NCBI RefSeq assembly: GCF_018977255.1
Contig: NW_024704742.1
Coordinates: 104,286,001 to 104,350,000, forward strand
Source of the DNA: Callorhinchus milii
Taxonomy: Eukaryota
DNA length: 64,000 nucleotides
Direction: 5' to 3'
In this document: in pieces, positions 1 to 13,092 of the stretch
Layout of the letters: each line of letters starts with the position of its first letter
Numbering within the stretch: the stretch's first letter is position 1
Position numbers and translations under genes: made by a program
Notes under the pieces: generated by a model
The model's input: the letters and a program-made list of their open reading frames with translations, nothing else
What the model was told of the DNA's origin: nothing
Databases searched by the model: none

Positions 1-295
1 TAGCAAATCCTTGGCATCTTTTTAATTGGCATGACCAAAACTGAATGCAGTGTTCTAACTGCGGTCTAACTAACTAAAAGCAATCATGTACTTTTCCAGC
101 CCTCTCCCCCAAAATACATACATGGCCCTTTGCAAATCTATTCCATTCAAGACAGTGATATTGCCAGATTACCAGCGTGCCTCACTGTAGGAGCTGAGAA
201 AGTGTGGGTGTGAAGATGCCGGGAAGAATTAGAACGTTATTTTTCTTTCACATTATGAAATGAATACTTCCATATCTCACATCATGTCTGAACAG

Positions 296-417
296 TGGCA
301 GGACTGCGTTTCAAGTGAACCGAGACCAGTCCGTCGAGCTTCCGCGGCCTGACCAGAATGTACAGAGAACACGTAGTAAGACATACCCCAAGCGGACACA
401 TCCGTCTCAGCAATCAG
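296..417 (+). CDS. EPB41L4A: EPB41L4A (band 4.1-like 4A / NBL4) internal coding exon; the FERM-domain exons lie upstream of the window
   Basis: aacag|TGGC...TCAG|gtaaga. Translates (S)GRTAFQVNRDQSVELPRPDQNVQRTRSKTYPKRTHPSQQS, matching recalled human GRTALQMSRDLSIQLPRPDQNVTRSRSKTYPKR. Confidence 0.93.
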
Positions 418-999
418 GTAAGATGCACAGTGTGGTGACCTGACCAACAATCCTCTAAATAAAATTGGTCATTCAGTTCAGCTTCGCTGCACTTTCACAT
501 TCACATCACTTCATGACAGTTTGTGGGACATTGCTGTGTGTAAATATAATCTTTACAGGAAATCCTGGAAAGAGCTTTGAGTCCTCTCGACAGAGTGATA
601 ATGCGCTACATTCATTGCAAGGATTATTTATTATTGTTGATTAGAGAAACAGTCCCATTTCATGTCTAGTTAACAGTAGCCCAGTTATTTTAAAAATATG
701 TTTTGTTTAATTCTACTATTTAATCCAAGTGTGATTTAAGAAATATATTAGTGGTATCCCCAAAATGTGATCACAGAATCAGACTGCTTAAGACAAAATG
801 GGACAAATGTGGTGCCTCTCCTGGTTGAAAAAGAATTGTTGGAATGTTTGAGGAGATATTTGAGGCATTTCCTTTTTCCAATCAAAAAGAATTATCAAAG
901 GAGCAATTGTAAAATATCACAGATGTTATTGAGATAGTTACAGAATCAAGTCTGTAAAGTCTGTAAAGTGCAGTGCTGGATATAAAGTGATATGCAATG

Positions 1000-1365
1000 A
1001 TGGTATATAAAGGAATGTGTGGCGGTGTGTAAAGGGATGTGTGGTAGTGTGTAAAGGGATGTGTGGCAGTGTGTAAAGGGTTGTGTGGCGGTGTGTAAAG
1101 GGTTGTGTGGTAGTGTATAAAGGGATGTGTGGCAGTGTGTAAAGGGTTGTGTGGCAGTGTGTAAAGGGATGTGTGGCGGTGTGTAAAGGGATGTGTGGCG
1201 GTCTGTAAAGGTTATGTGTGGCGGTGTGTAAAGGGATGTGTGGCGGTCTGTAAAGGTTATGTGTGGTAGGTGTGTAAAGGGATGTGGTAGATGTGTAAAG
1301 GGATGTGTGGTAGGTGCGTAAAGGGATGTGTGGTAAGTATGTAAAGGGATGTGTAAAGGGATGTG
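1000..1365 (+). repeat. Minisatellite with a unit of about 22 bp (GTGTGTAAAGGGATGTGTGGCG); resumes at about 1816-1875 after an L2 insertion
   Basis: Directly visible tandem units. Confidence 0.9.
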
Positions 1366-1814
1366 TTCAATTCAAGTTGAATTCAAGATCCTCATCCTCA
1401 CCTACAAGGCCATTCACGGCCTTGCTCCCTCCTACCTCTCCGACCTACTATCCCTCTACCTACCTGCCCATACCCTCCGTTCCTCTGGCTCCGGTCTGCT
1501 CCACATCCCCCGCCCCAACCGCCCTACCATCGGTGGCCGGGCCTTCAGCCTCTCAGCCCCGAGGCTCTGGAACTCCATCCCCCAGTGCCTTCGCCGCCTC
1601 CTCCCTTTCCTCCTTCAAGGCCGGTCTCAAGACCTTTCTCTTTGACCGTGCCTTCAGCTCCCCTCTCGACTCTCTACCCCCTCCTCGCTCCCTCCCTTCC
1701 CTCCCCTCACCCTAACCATTTCCCCCCTGCTCGGGTCCCGATCCAACTGTCCAGCACCTTGGCACGTCCTCCCGACATGAAAGGCGCTCTATAAATGAAA
1801 TCTTGTTGTTGTTG
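1366..1814 (+). mobile_element. 5'-truncated L2-clade LINE 3' end
   Basis: Encodes EFKILILTYKAIHGLAPSYLSDLL...GGRAFSLSAPRLWNS (L2 ORF2 C-terminus); 3' hairpin and (TTG)n tail. Confidence 0.9.
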
Positions 1815-4074
1815 ATGTTGTGTGGTAGGTGTGTAAAGGGATGTGTGGTAGTGATATGGAAGGGATGTGTGCTGTGAAAGGTATGTGAGAATGTTGGTGT
1901 GTGAGGTTGGTATGTATTGGTGTGTATACAGTTCCCAATTGATATGTGTATTTCAAGATGTGATATGTGTTTATCATTATGTTCTCACGTTAAAAACTTC
2001 CATTACCAGAATATCAATTTCTTTTTCAAGTTATTAAACCTTTTTGCTGGTGTGAGCATGCCTTCGGGGGCGTTTTTCTTGTGCCTTTTCACTGGTAGAG
2101 GTAGAATCTGGCATCTGATTTGAGACTCTTCAATGCATTTGCAAAGCTTTTCTTATTGGTTTATAATTGCTGTGAGTAACTTATACTTCGGATAATACCA
2201 ACCTGGCAAAATACCCCTACTTGTCACATCTCACGTGGAGTTGTGACTGAATAGAGATGTTTCAAAAACGTTGATTCTCTTGCTTGTGATTCTAAAATGG
2301 TTGCAATATATTGTACATTCAATTTTCAGCTGTTCTACAAATATAATGAACAGTAAAAGTTGCCTATCATACTATTTATTAACAGACAAGGTCCTAAATG
2401 CTGCTGAGCTCTTGTAGTCTAACCTTGAATAGCCTCTGCACCCCCTGGTGTTTTCTTTCAGTAAATTTAAATTGTAGGTCTCATTGAGTTTCCTCACTGG
2501 GATTCTCTCTCTCCCTTTGGTTTTAGTCACTTCAAAAAATACCTTTTAAAAATAGTAAGAATATTGCAAATCTCAAGAAGAGTAGTAGTTTTGCAATGGA
2601 TTTGTGCCACTCTCCACCTATGAATAAAGACAACCTGTTCTCTGCATCATTTTATATCTGGCCCGCTTCAGATACTTTAGCTCAAAGTAGTTGAAACTGG
2701 CATCCATCCCAGTGTGTCAATGTGCATTATATTGCTCTATGGTACAGATCATATACAGTCAATTAACCTTACAGTATATTTTGTGAAGCTCTTTGAGAAG
2801 TCTCAACGATGTGATAAGGCGCTATATTAAATGCAAGGATTATTATTAACTTTATTATTATCATCTTGGCCCACTGTCCTGGCCAACAATCACCCCCAAA
2901 TAAAAATTAGACGTTCATTTTGTGGCTGTTTGTGGAACATTGCTACTGCATTCACCTACAAATTCACAGTCACTACACTTTACAGTCCTGTGAAGCCTTT
3001 GACGTGAAAGGCACTGTATACCAAATGCAAGGATTATTATTATCTTGCCTCCATCCTCAAGGTGCTGCATTGCTGTGACATGCCAAAGTAGCACCAGCTC
3101 ATTGTTCTTTTAAATGTTGTGGATTCATAAATGTAAACCAGCCACAGTTCTCTTTAGCGTGGTCTTAAAGGGAAGAGTGGTCTCGAACAGTTACATTGTG
3201 CAGTTACAGTTCAAAATTAGGTATTAATTGGCTCTCTAATAGGAAAGAGAGGTTAGAAATCAGTGGTTTGAATTGAGCAGGTTTAACTGGTGGAGTCTCA
3301 AGGGATTCATTCTGGCATCTCTGCTGTTACAAGTTAATGACTTCAACAAAGCATTTCTAAGAATAGCATCCAGCAGGTGTGGGACGAGGCTTGTTTTCAA
3401 AGAGATCTGAAGATGCTCAGTGGTTTGGCAGTTGTACCTTATACTGAGAAAATCCATCTTAACCATGTTGATTCCAAAATAACAAATACACATACAGTAT
3501 ATTTAAAGGGGGCTTTGTTAAAGAAAATGTTTGATTAAACGCTAAAATTGTTGTATTGTGCGACAGTAATTGTTATATTTTAGAGTGGACCCGAAGTGAA
3601 GTCTTGGAGAGATTGTTTGAAGCAATGGTGAATATTACACTTTGCTTTGGTTACTTTGCTTTGCAGAAAGAGATGGTTTGGAAATGCTTCCAAGAAGGGT
3701 AACACTGATGTTAAATCTGCAGAGCTGCTCATTGGGCTAAATCTGTTTTTGTTGCCTGGGGAAAAAGAAAACTAAGGAGAGAAAGAAGCTTTTAAGATGA
3801 TGGAGGAAATCAGTTAGTAAGGTGCATTTGGACCACTTTATTATGTGGAATCAAGAGAAGAAAACAAGGGGACATAATTATAAGCCTCAAACTGATATAC
3901 GTATCAGAATTAGTTTCACTGTTGAAGAGAGTGTCAAGCGGAGTGATGATAAATGCCTATTATGAAGCATTGAGCAATTTCTCATGTAGTATTGAGCTGA
4001 TAACATGTAACATCAGACACTTACTCATTACATTGGTGGGCTCCTGATTAGCTGTATCACACTGGGCACAAATA

Positions 4075-5030
4075 CAATACAATACAAAATTAAAATGGTA
4101 CAGCACCTTTCATGTCAAGAGGACATCCCAAGGTGCTGGACAGTCAGAGATTTGGAGCCGAGCTAGGGGTCAGGATTGGGGAGGGTGGAGGGCAGGGAGC
4201 GTAGGAGGGTAGCCGATGGCTCGGTCGAAGAGGAGGGTTTTGAGACGCACCTTGAAGATGGCAAGGGAGGAGCGAGATGAAGAGAATGTGGGATAGAGTG
4301 CCCAAAGAGTGGGGGCAGAAAGGCTAAAGGGTCGGCCACCGATAGTAGGGTGGCCCGGGCTGGGGATGTGGAGCAGGCCAGAGTCTGCTAAGTGGAGGAA
4401 GCGGACAGGTTGACATGGGGTTAGCAGGTCACAGAGGTAGGAGGGAGCAAGGCCATGGAGGGCCTTGTAGGGATGGACGAGAATTTTGAATTCTATCCTC
4501 TGGCGGATGGGGAGCCAGTGGAGCCGGCTGAGGGTGGGTGCGATGGGGTCACAGAGCCTGGTGCGGGAGAGGACACGAGCTGCAGAGCTCTGGATGATCT
4601 GCAACTTGTGGAGGGAGGAGTTGAGAAGGCGACAAGCAGGGAGTTGGCAGAGTCGAGCATAGACTTGATGAATACGTGGTTGAGGGTTTCGACGGCCTGA
4701 GGGGTGAGGAAGCGGAGCTGAGCAATGTTGCGGAGGTTGGGGAAGGCAGAGGGGATCATAGCACAGATGGGGGGTAGAAAGGGTAATTGAAAGTCAAACA
4801 AGATGCCAAAGTTCTGGACTGGCTTTGTAAGGTGGAGTGTTCATCTCTGGATGGTGATACTGTCAGCGCCTGAGGTGTGGAGGCACTGACTGGAGCCAAT
4901 CAGGAGAGCCTTGTTGACGTTGAACTGTAGAAAGTTAGCTCTCATCCAGGACTCGATGTCTGACAGACGTTCTGTCAGGACAGCAGTGGTCCTGGAGTCG
5001 TGGGTGGAGGCAGAGAGATATAGTTGGGTA
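4075..5030 (-). mobile_element. L2 LINE fragment (RT C-terminal part to tail)
   Basis: IQSSAARVLSRTRLCDPIAPTLSRLHWLPIRQRIEFK motif; frameshifted. Confidence 0.9.
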
Positions 5031-7079
5031 AAGGAAATTATTCTGATGGTAGCTAGTTCAGAGTAGCTTTGACACTTGGGATCAGGGTTTTCAGCTACAC
5101 TTGTTGTGTGGGCAAGAAATTAAATAATGTAGATTGAAAGAAAGAAGGCTCAAACTGTTCTCTGTCCCACCCTTACAACAAAACAAAGAGGATAATTTTT
5201 TTTGGGTCAGACAGTGGTCTGACAAGTTAACAAGAATCAAGGCTTAGGGACCCCAGAGTGTGCGTTGGGATACTGCTGGAGGTTAACCAGCTAAAACTGT
5301 GTAGCTTGCCATTGAGACCACTGTCTGGAAAGCTTCCCACTGCATCTTCAGCTAGGATCACTCAACCTACTAGGACTTTGAATTGCAGGAGGCTTAACAG
5401 GAGCAAAATGGGTAGAAGTTCAGTGTCAAGCAAACAGGGAGATGGAAACCTTCTTGAGTGAGTTCTATACATGGATCCAATGGACAGTGAATCGGATGAT
5501 CCTAGCTGCATTCTGAGATTGCTATCATTTTCTTAACTTCTTGTCACAAAATAACCAAATGTTCCATAATTTGGAGTTGTTTGGGAAAGTGATAGGGTGG
5601 ATATTCTGGAATTCTGAGGAGTACAAATGAGCTGAAGGGCCTTCCACATCTGAACCTCTTTGGTGATCCTGAATGTAATGCTTCTACTGGTTGACAGAAT
5701 GCAGTTATGTCTGTCTCCTGAAACCTGGACATCACTTCCAAGGCAGGAGTCTGGTGTGGTAGTGCCATGTGTGGGTAATTTGACACACTTTGCGATCATT
5801 CCATTCTCTACTGTCCCCAAAGAACTGTTGTGCTGAACAGAGGGTTGTTATAGTCTGTAATAATTGGGTGGAATGCCTTATGTGCATAAATTCATGGCTG
5901 TTTTACTTAATCAGAATTAAGTAAAACTTCTGGGACCAATTTGCTCCATCAGCCATTCCAAGGTTTGTGCTAAGCATTAATGATGATATTTTTATTCAAA
6001 TCTACAGTTACAGTTTTAATAATTACAGCTAGTGGGAGTTAAGACACTTTAATAACCAGGCCTTTATTGCAGGTATTGCTGGGTACTGCTCTACTAGCTT
6101 TTATGACTTAAACGTATATTTTCATTTTGATGTTTTATGACGAGTCCAAAGCATTTAAGTACAGTGATGCAGTCCTTATGCCATTTCTTTAGCCCTGTTT
6201 CAGCGCTTTGGGACGTGAAAGGCGCTCTATAAATGTAATTTTGTTGTTGTTGTGGATGGATGCTAAGATTGTACGGTTAGGAGCAGTGTAACAAGGAGGG
6301 TAAGCCTGAGGTTAGTGAGAGTATCTCAAGGAGACAGATACCCTTTCATCTATTTCATTGTAACCTTATAAATTACATTTTTTTAAAAATAAACCTGCTA
6401 ATTTTTCTCCTTCAATTTTCCTGCTTCCTCCTTTTGAGATAAGTTCCTGAAATTCTTTACAAAAGTTATGTCTACATTCCTAAGCAATTTACAGGTAATA
6501 TTAAAAGGGTTACGTTTTTATTCGAATCTTCTCCAGGGTGTACTTTCAGGGCAAAGTGAGCTTGCCTCCCTATTAAAGGCCAGCGGTGATGGACACGAGT
6601 CTGACAGCAGCTGCCACTGATTCCCTCTGGTCTGGGTCGATGGGTGTGGGTGGGTGTGTAGGCGTGTGGAGCTTGCTTGGTGGTAAATTTCACTTGCTTC
6701 TCATTTCCTTTTCCTGTTCATTTATTTAGTGTTGTAAATGTAAATGAGTACTCCGAGTACATTTCACCAATGTTATGAATATCTTAATGTTTTTTTTGGT
6801 TGGGAGGAAAGTAAATCAGACGGGAAAATGGACTCTCTCGAAGCAGGCTCTTTGGCTCTTTAGCTGAAAATGAGATTTGACCATCCAGCCTAGGACTGTG
6901 CACAAGTCAGTCACTGCTGGCAGATTATATGAGTTTTGGTTTATGATGCCCGATTCTCATTAATGGTGAATTGTTTGGATGTATTTGATGGTTACTGTAG
7001 GAGGAGGCACACTATCAGAAGAGGATGCCAAAGAGAGTCGAGGGGCAGGAATCCTGGTTAGCTTTCCCCTCCCTAACCC

Positions 7080-7503
7080 TTCATCCTCACCTACAAGGCA
7101 ATTCACGGCCTTGCTCCCTCCTACCTCTCTGACCTACAATCCCCCTCTACCTGCCCGTACCCTCCGTTCCTCTGGCTCCGGTCTGCTCCACATCCCCCGC
7201 CCCAACCGCCCTACCATCGGTGGTCGAGCCTTCAGCCTCTCAGCCCCCAGGCTCTGGAACTCCATCCCCCAGTGCCTTTGCCGCCTCCTCCCTTTCCTCC
7301 TTTAAGGCCGGTCTCAAGACCTTTCTCTTCGACCGTGTCTTCAGCTCCCCTCTCAACTCTCTACCCCCTCCTCGCTCCCTCCCTTCCCTCCCCTCACCCT
7401 GACCATTTCCCCCTTGCTCGGGTCCTGACCCAACTGTACAGCGCCTTGGGACGTCCTCCCGACGTGAAAGGCGCTCAATAAATGGAATCTTGTTGTTGTT
7501 GTT
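7080..7503 (+). mobile_element. L2 LINE 3' end, young subfamily
   Basis: Near-identical to 1366-1814; (TTG)n tail. Confidence 0.9.
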
Positions 7504-7959
7504 GAAAGCCAGAGCAGATATAACCTTCTCAAGCAGCCTGACCTGAGATTGGCAAACTGAGCACAGCACAGCGAGCTCCAGGTCTATAAGCTGCAGTTCT
7601 ATCCATTTTACCGTTGGGGTTGCCTCCTTAAACTTGCTCTTATTTAGAATCCGGTTTACAAATTAAGATGGAATTGAAGAATTTTCCAAAATTTATACAG
7701 TTTCGAATTTTAAGCCTAAATTTCCGGCAGATGGCAATGGGAATTTTGAGTTTTTTTTCACTCCCTGGTCCAGGGTCACTGAGGTCAAATGTAACGTTCC
7801 AAGTGCTGCCTCAGAGTTGGAGTCAAACCTGAGGCCTGGTTACTATGGTTTAGTTTGACTCTAAGCAGACATTTTACCAACTAAAACATTGGGGCATTAT
7901 GTACGTTTCTCAATTAACAGATGTGTAATGTTGATCTATGGATCTGATTCTTACCACAG

Positions 7960-8050
7960 GTCCAAACAGTGTCGGCCACAGTAACATAAAAGCAGAGCAG
8001 GTGGAATGTGATGGTACCACCAAGATTATCGCTCCCTCACCAGTGAAAAG
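7960..8050 (+). CDS. EPB41L4A: EPB41L4A coding exon
   Basis: ccacag|GTCC...AAAAG|gtaaat. Translates (G)PNSVGHSNIKAEQVECDGTTKIIAPSPVKS; phase matches both neighbouring exons; human has GTIKIIAPSPVKS. Confidence 0.9.
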
Positions 8051-11000
8051 GTAAATATTTATTTTGATCAGTGAATCCACGAGTGTTTGTGGGACACTGC
8101 TGTGTGCAACTGGCTGCTGCATTTTGCCTACAAAATAGCCAATCCACTTAACAATATATATTCTGTGAAGCACTTTGCAACATCTCAACAATGTTTTAAG
8201 GCGCTGTATCAAATGCAAGGATTATGATTATTATTTTTGGTGGAAAAATCTCTCTTAAATTCCCAAGGTTGCTCATATTTTTTCCTGCAAGTTTCTTTTT
8301 TCCTCTCCTTTTGCAGTTTCATGTACGGTCCTCATATAAATAGGCACAGCAATGTTTAGCAACAAACAGGAAGTGAATAGGGGATTTTATCTGAAGGATT
8401 ATTGATCAGGACACCCTTCTGATTCTGAGTCAAGAATGCTACTAACTGAGCCAGACTGGCACCTGCCTGTTTGCAGGAAGTACTGGTAATACCATTTCCT
8501 GCAGGTGCACAACTTGCTGAAAGTAACATCAGCAGCAACATCGTGAATCAGTAGATGGCCATTTTGTAACGCTTCACTTATAATATGTGCTCTGAGCTAT
8601 TGGACCCAGAGGATCTTATTATAAGGTCCCCCTGTATAATGAATGATATGCTAAGTGTATCTTTGCAAGTGAGAACAATGAATGCAGCCTACAATTTTGG
8701 TGATTGTGTTATATATCACTAAGGATGCTCAGAGGGAGGTAGTGCTCTGCACTCTGATGAATGAGAGTCTGATGGCAGGCAGTTCGGCTACTTTTATTGC
8801 ACACCAGTAATGTTGGCACTTTTAACTGAAGTATTTGCATCCAAATATTGATTGATGTCATGCAGGTGCACTTAGAAACACCATAAATCCACAGCTTGTT
8901 TCCACTGAGTGTTTTTTTTCTCTCCACTATCACAACAAATAAAATGGTCCTGGTTTATGCCAGGTCCATGACTCCAAGACACTTCAAACATCCAATTCCA
9001 TTCTTTGCTTGACTTTGCTCACTGCAGTGTGGTTTAATGCCAGGCTAAAAGTAATTCTAAAACAAAAACAGCTTCTTATCCTTGTGTTTTAAAAAAATTG
9101 CTTCTAATCCTTGCATTTAACTCGGGACGTTTTGCTCACAAAATATACAATTAATTCACTTTAAAGTATATCCTGTGAAGCATTTTGAGACGTCTCAAAA
9201 ACGTCATAAGGCGCTATATCAAATGCAAGGATTATTATTATTATTAACGTGTGCCACAGTTAACCCCAGAATCCCTAGACAGTGTGGTCCAGGGATCCAG
9301 CCAGGGTTCTCACGTCTATCCACTAATCACTGATGGAAAATGTGTGGCTGTGTGGACAGGATCATCCTTGAATTAGGGCGTAGCACAGGAACATTTTTAG
9401 ATAGCTCGTGGTCAAATAATTGTCTCTAGACTCACATCAAGAACAGCCACTTGGGCGAGGGAGTGGAGGTTGCTGGTGCCTCTGACCAGACCGCAACACA
9501 AGGCACTGCCTTCAGCAGTGTGATGGATAGGAAAAGAACATAGGAAGAAAAAGCAGGGGTAAGCATATTGATATCCTGAAGAAGTGCAAACTGTTGGCAA
9601 AGTCTTCAAAGGTGAAGTATCTTCTCAATGTGACTTGTGGACTGCGTATTTTCTTGGCGCGTGGATTCTAACTGTAACCCAAGCAACTACAGACCTATCA
9701 GCAGTCAACCCAGGCTTGAAGTACTTCTCACACAGTGCTCCAGGGCAACTCCCAAAAATGTCAGGCAGCTTTAGCTACTACGTTTTATGTATGTATGAGG
9801 CTTCCCATTAAAATGCTGAGATTATTTCTAAATCTAAAATAATTAATAAAATTCAGAATTCATGCAGCACATTTAATGATATGAGTGCGAAGCACTTGAG
9901 TAGCTATGGAACAGAAACGAATCTTAACATATTACACAGAAAAATAAAGATTTTGTACAAAAAGTGAAAGATATACTTCTAAACGGTTGTAAAAAAATGA
10001 TAGTTTATCAAAGCTGCTGCATGATGTAAAGGGCAGACATCAATGTCAGTACAATCACAAGTACTGGGATACTGCAATTAGATGTAAGTTTTAAATTATT
10101 GCCAAGCAGAAAACCTCTGCTAACACCATTAACCCCAGCTCATCTCACACAACACAGCATTAGATCACTTGGATTATGCAGTGCTATTCATCACATGATG
10201 AGAACTTTCAGCACCAGTTCTCTACCCAGCAGTCTGCTCCTGAGGATGTGAGCACCACTTCCACAGACCATAGACTGAATGAACAACAACAACAACAACT
10301 TGCACTTACGTAGCACCCTCTACGCAGTATAGAGTCTAAGAGCACTTAGAGAGCTCGAGCTTAGAATCAGAGCGTCTCTCAGGAACCCTGCCTCCCATTG
10401 CTGCAATGGAAATATTGGGAGTCTCCAAGATAGTCATACCCGGTATCTCTTGGAAAACAATTTGCATTTATATAGCGCTCTTCACGCAGGGTTGAGTCTC
10501 GGAGCGTTTAAAAGTGGTGGAGCCTGATGATGAACCGGGAGGAGGGAGGACGTGACCATGAGCAGCGGTTGAAAGTCTTCAGGCATGATTGAAAAAGGAG
10601 AAGGAGGAAGCAAGGCAGAGGAGGGGAAAAGTTAACCTGGATTCCTTTCAGTCTCAGGAGAGAGGAAAGGAATCCAGGTTAACTTTTCCCCTTCTGCCCT
10701 GATCAGGCGACATGGCTCAAACTGAAGGCCAAACCTGGGACCTTTCTTGCTGTTTGTGGATCAATATGACAACACATTGTTCATTGACTTGCTAAAGCTC
10801 ATTTGTAAATTAATATTGGCAATAGTGCATCAGTATGCAGAATTAATGTCACTGCATCTATTACTAAAATCAATGAAACACTTTGGGGGTAATATTGTTT
10901 TGTTTAAAATGCTGATGGTGCAAAGACTCCCTCTAGCAGTGTCTATAAATTATTGCAGCCTCCAGTTCATAATGGCCTTCCCCTGTATTGTTATTTTTTA

Positions 11001-12094
11001 AAAATCAAAAATGAAACATATTTTAGCACTTGAATGTGATTGTACAATATGTAGGCTTTCCAGGCGGTCCATTTCTAACAATAATTTAATTGTAAATCAT
11101 ATTTCGGGCTTTGAGAGGCATTTATTATTAACATTATTCGCATTCATTATTATTAACCAAGAATTCGATGAACATTAGACTCACTGACCATCTATATTTC
11201 TTTCATACATTCATTATTGTGATAAAAACATAAACACTAAATTACCATATTTCTACTGTCACATAGTACATCGCTGTGTCTAGACCTGTTGAATAAGTGA
11301 TTTTAATAATATGCTGTTGCATACATGAGGGAGAAAGGAATACAATGCAACACAAATTTACATTTACATCGGGAGGATGGTCCAAGGCGCTGAATGGAGT
11401 TTATGGCACCAGAATCAACGACAGCAAAACAGAAATGAAGAGCTGCAAGTAAACCACATTACTGTATAACAATTACATAAATTTACAGGACATTCAGCTC
11501 AGTTACAATATGCCTGTCTCTGTCCCCCGTACGAGCCTCCATACATCCTAATCCCTCCCTAGCCTCCCGTTAAATCTTTTTGATGGAGTGAATAGACAAC
11601 TCCCCATTGACAATGCAGCCATTGCATGTCACTCAGGCCACCACTGAGACATTTGCATCTCACCTTCTTACACAAAATAGGTTAACAATGCTGATCAGCT
11701 GAAGGATAACCTTAATATTTGCGTTAGTCTTTATATTTGCAAAACACAAATGGTATATAGTACACCATGTTTCAGAACACACTTTACTTACCTCTGCATG
11801 AGCCAGTTTGATTGGATGTCGAATTTGTCTAGTCTTCATTTATAAAGAATTAGTTTAACACATCTACGATTTCCAACTCCTCCCAGAACTGGTCATGTCT
11901 TCAATACCCCACTTATTTCACACGTAACTGTAAAATAAACATCAACCCACTACAAGTAATTTCCCCCCACTTTGTTTTGCATCATTAACACCTCTTTCAC
12001 CCATTATCCCCTCTCCTTTACACCATTTTCTCCTTTGTCTTCCTTGTCCTGCCTCCCCCCTCTCTGTTCGTCCTTGAAAGCCTCTCCCTCCCAA

Positions 12095-12245
12095 CATGCC
12101 CCATTGCTGACAAAGGGTTGTGGACCCGAAACATTGACTCACTTTCCTCTCTCCATAGATGCTGCTTTACCTGCTGAGTGTTCTCAGCGACTTCTGTTTT
12201 TGTTTCAGATTTCCAGCATCTGCAGTATTTTGCATTTTGTTTCTT
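12095..12245 (+). mobile_element. Probable Penelope-like element terminal-repeat remnant; a second fragment lies at about 45580-45660 (-)
   Basis: CTGACAAAGGGTTGTGGACCCGAAAC...CATAGATGCTGC..ACCTGCTGAGT...TTCCAGCATCTGCAGT resembles the common chondrichthyan Penelope-derived repeat as I recall it. Confidence 0.55.
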
Positions 12246-13092
12246 ATTTTGCCCTCTCACCAATTCTATTCGTTTTAGTTATCCTTTTTTTAAGTTTTTA
12301 AAATATTAATTTATTTTGCTTTCTTTATTCAGCCACCACCATTTTAGCCACATATTTTCTTATACAGATTTTACTGGTTTCCTTTGTGTATTCCTTGGGA
12401 AAATGTTACCCCTTCAAGATTGTTTTATTCACCCAGGCTCTGTTAGCTCACAAGTTGCCAATGAGTTTACTCCTCAGCAGCACTCTCTGGCTTGAGGCAG
12501 GTTTTGTGTCAGGGATGAATCTGGATGACCTGGGAGCCTAGACCTCTTACTGGTTACAAAACCAGCGGATTACACCCAGTTTCCAGCGAATAAATGAACG
12601 CTCTGAAAACAAAGTTATTCCCAAACAGGGAGACAGAGTCGTTCAGTTAGGCTGCTGTACATGAAATCTTATCTAGTATCTGCCCTAGATCTCTGCTTCA
12701 CACATTGTGTTGAGAAACAATCACTGATGAATTCTGAAACAGTTTATACTTTACCCCTCCTTTCAGGGCATTGGGTTGCATGGAATTCTCAGTTTGGTTT
12801 GGATACTCTTAAGCATGGTGAGTTTCTGCACGTGTCAGACATGTGGAAACTAAAAAAAAATTTCAGCTGACTGAAAAAAACATTTCAGGTCACTCCTGGT
12901 GTGCACACCCCATATTTATCATGATTGTTCGTTTAATTGCTGAAGCAGCACTTAGTCTATCCGATTACTGTCAGCAGGTGGTTGATAGCAGTTCCCAGTT
13001 GGTGCTTTGTTGCCTTTATCAGCATATAATTTTATTTCTGCTGCAATGTTTTATTTCTGCTGTTTTGCGCACTTTGTTTTACTCTTTACTGG

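Noticed and set aside
1000..1365. Regular repeat array resembling a CRISPR locus
   Set aside because: There are no unique spacers; it is a simple eukaryotic minisatellite.
3667..3698. Cryptic AG/GT-bounded 32-nt segment in the first visible intron
   Set aside because: It would shift the frame, and the flanking exons already join in phase and match the known protein.
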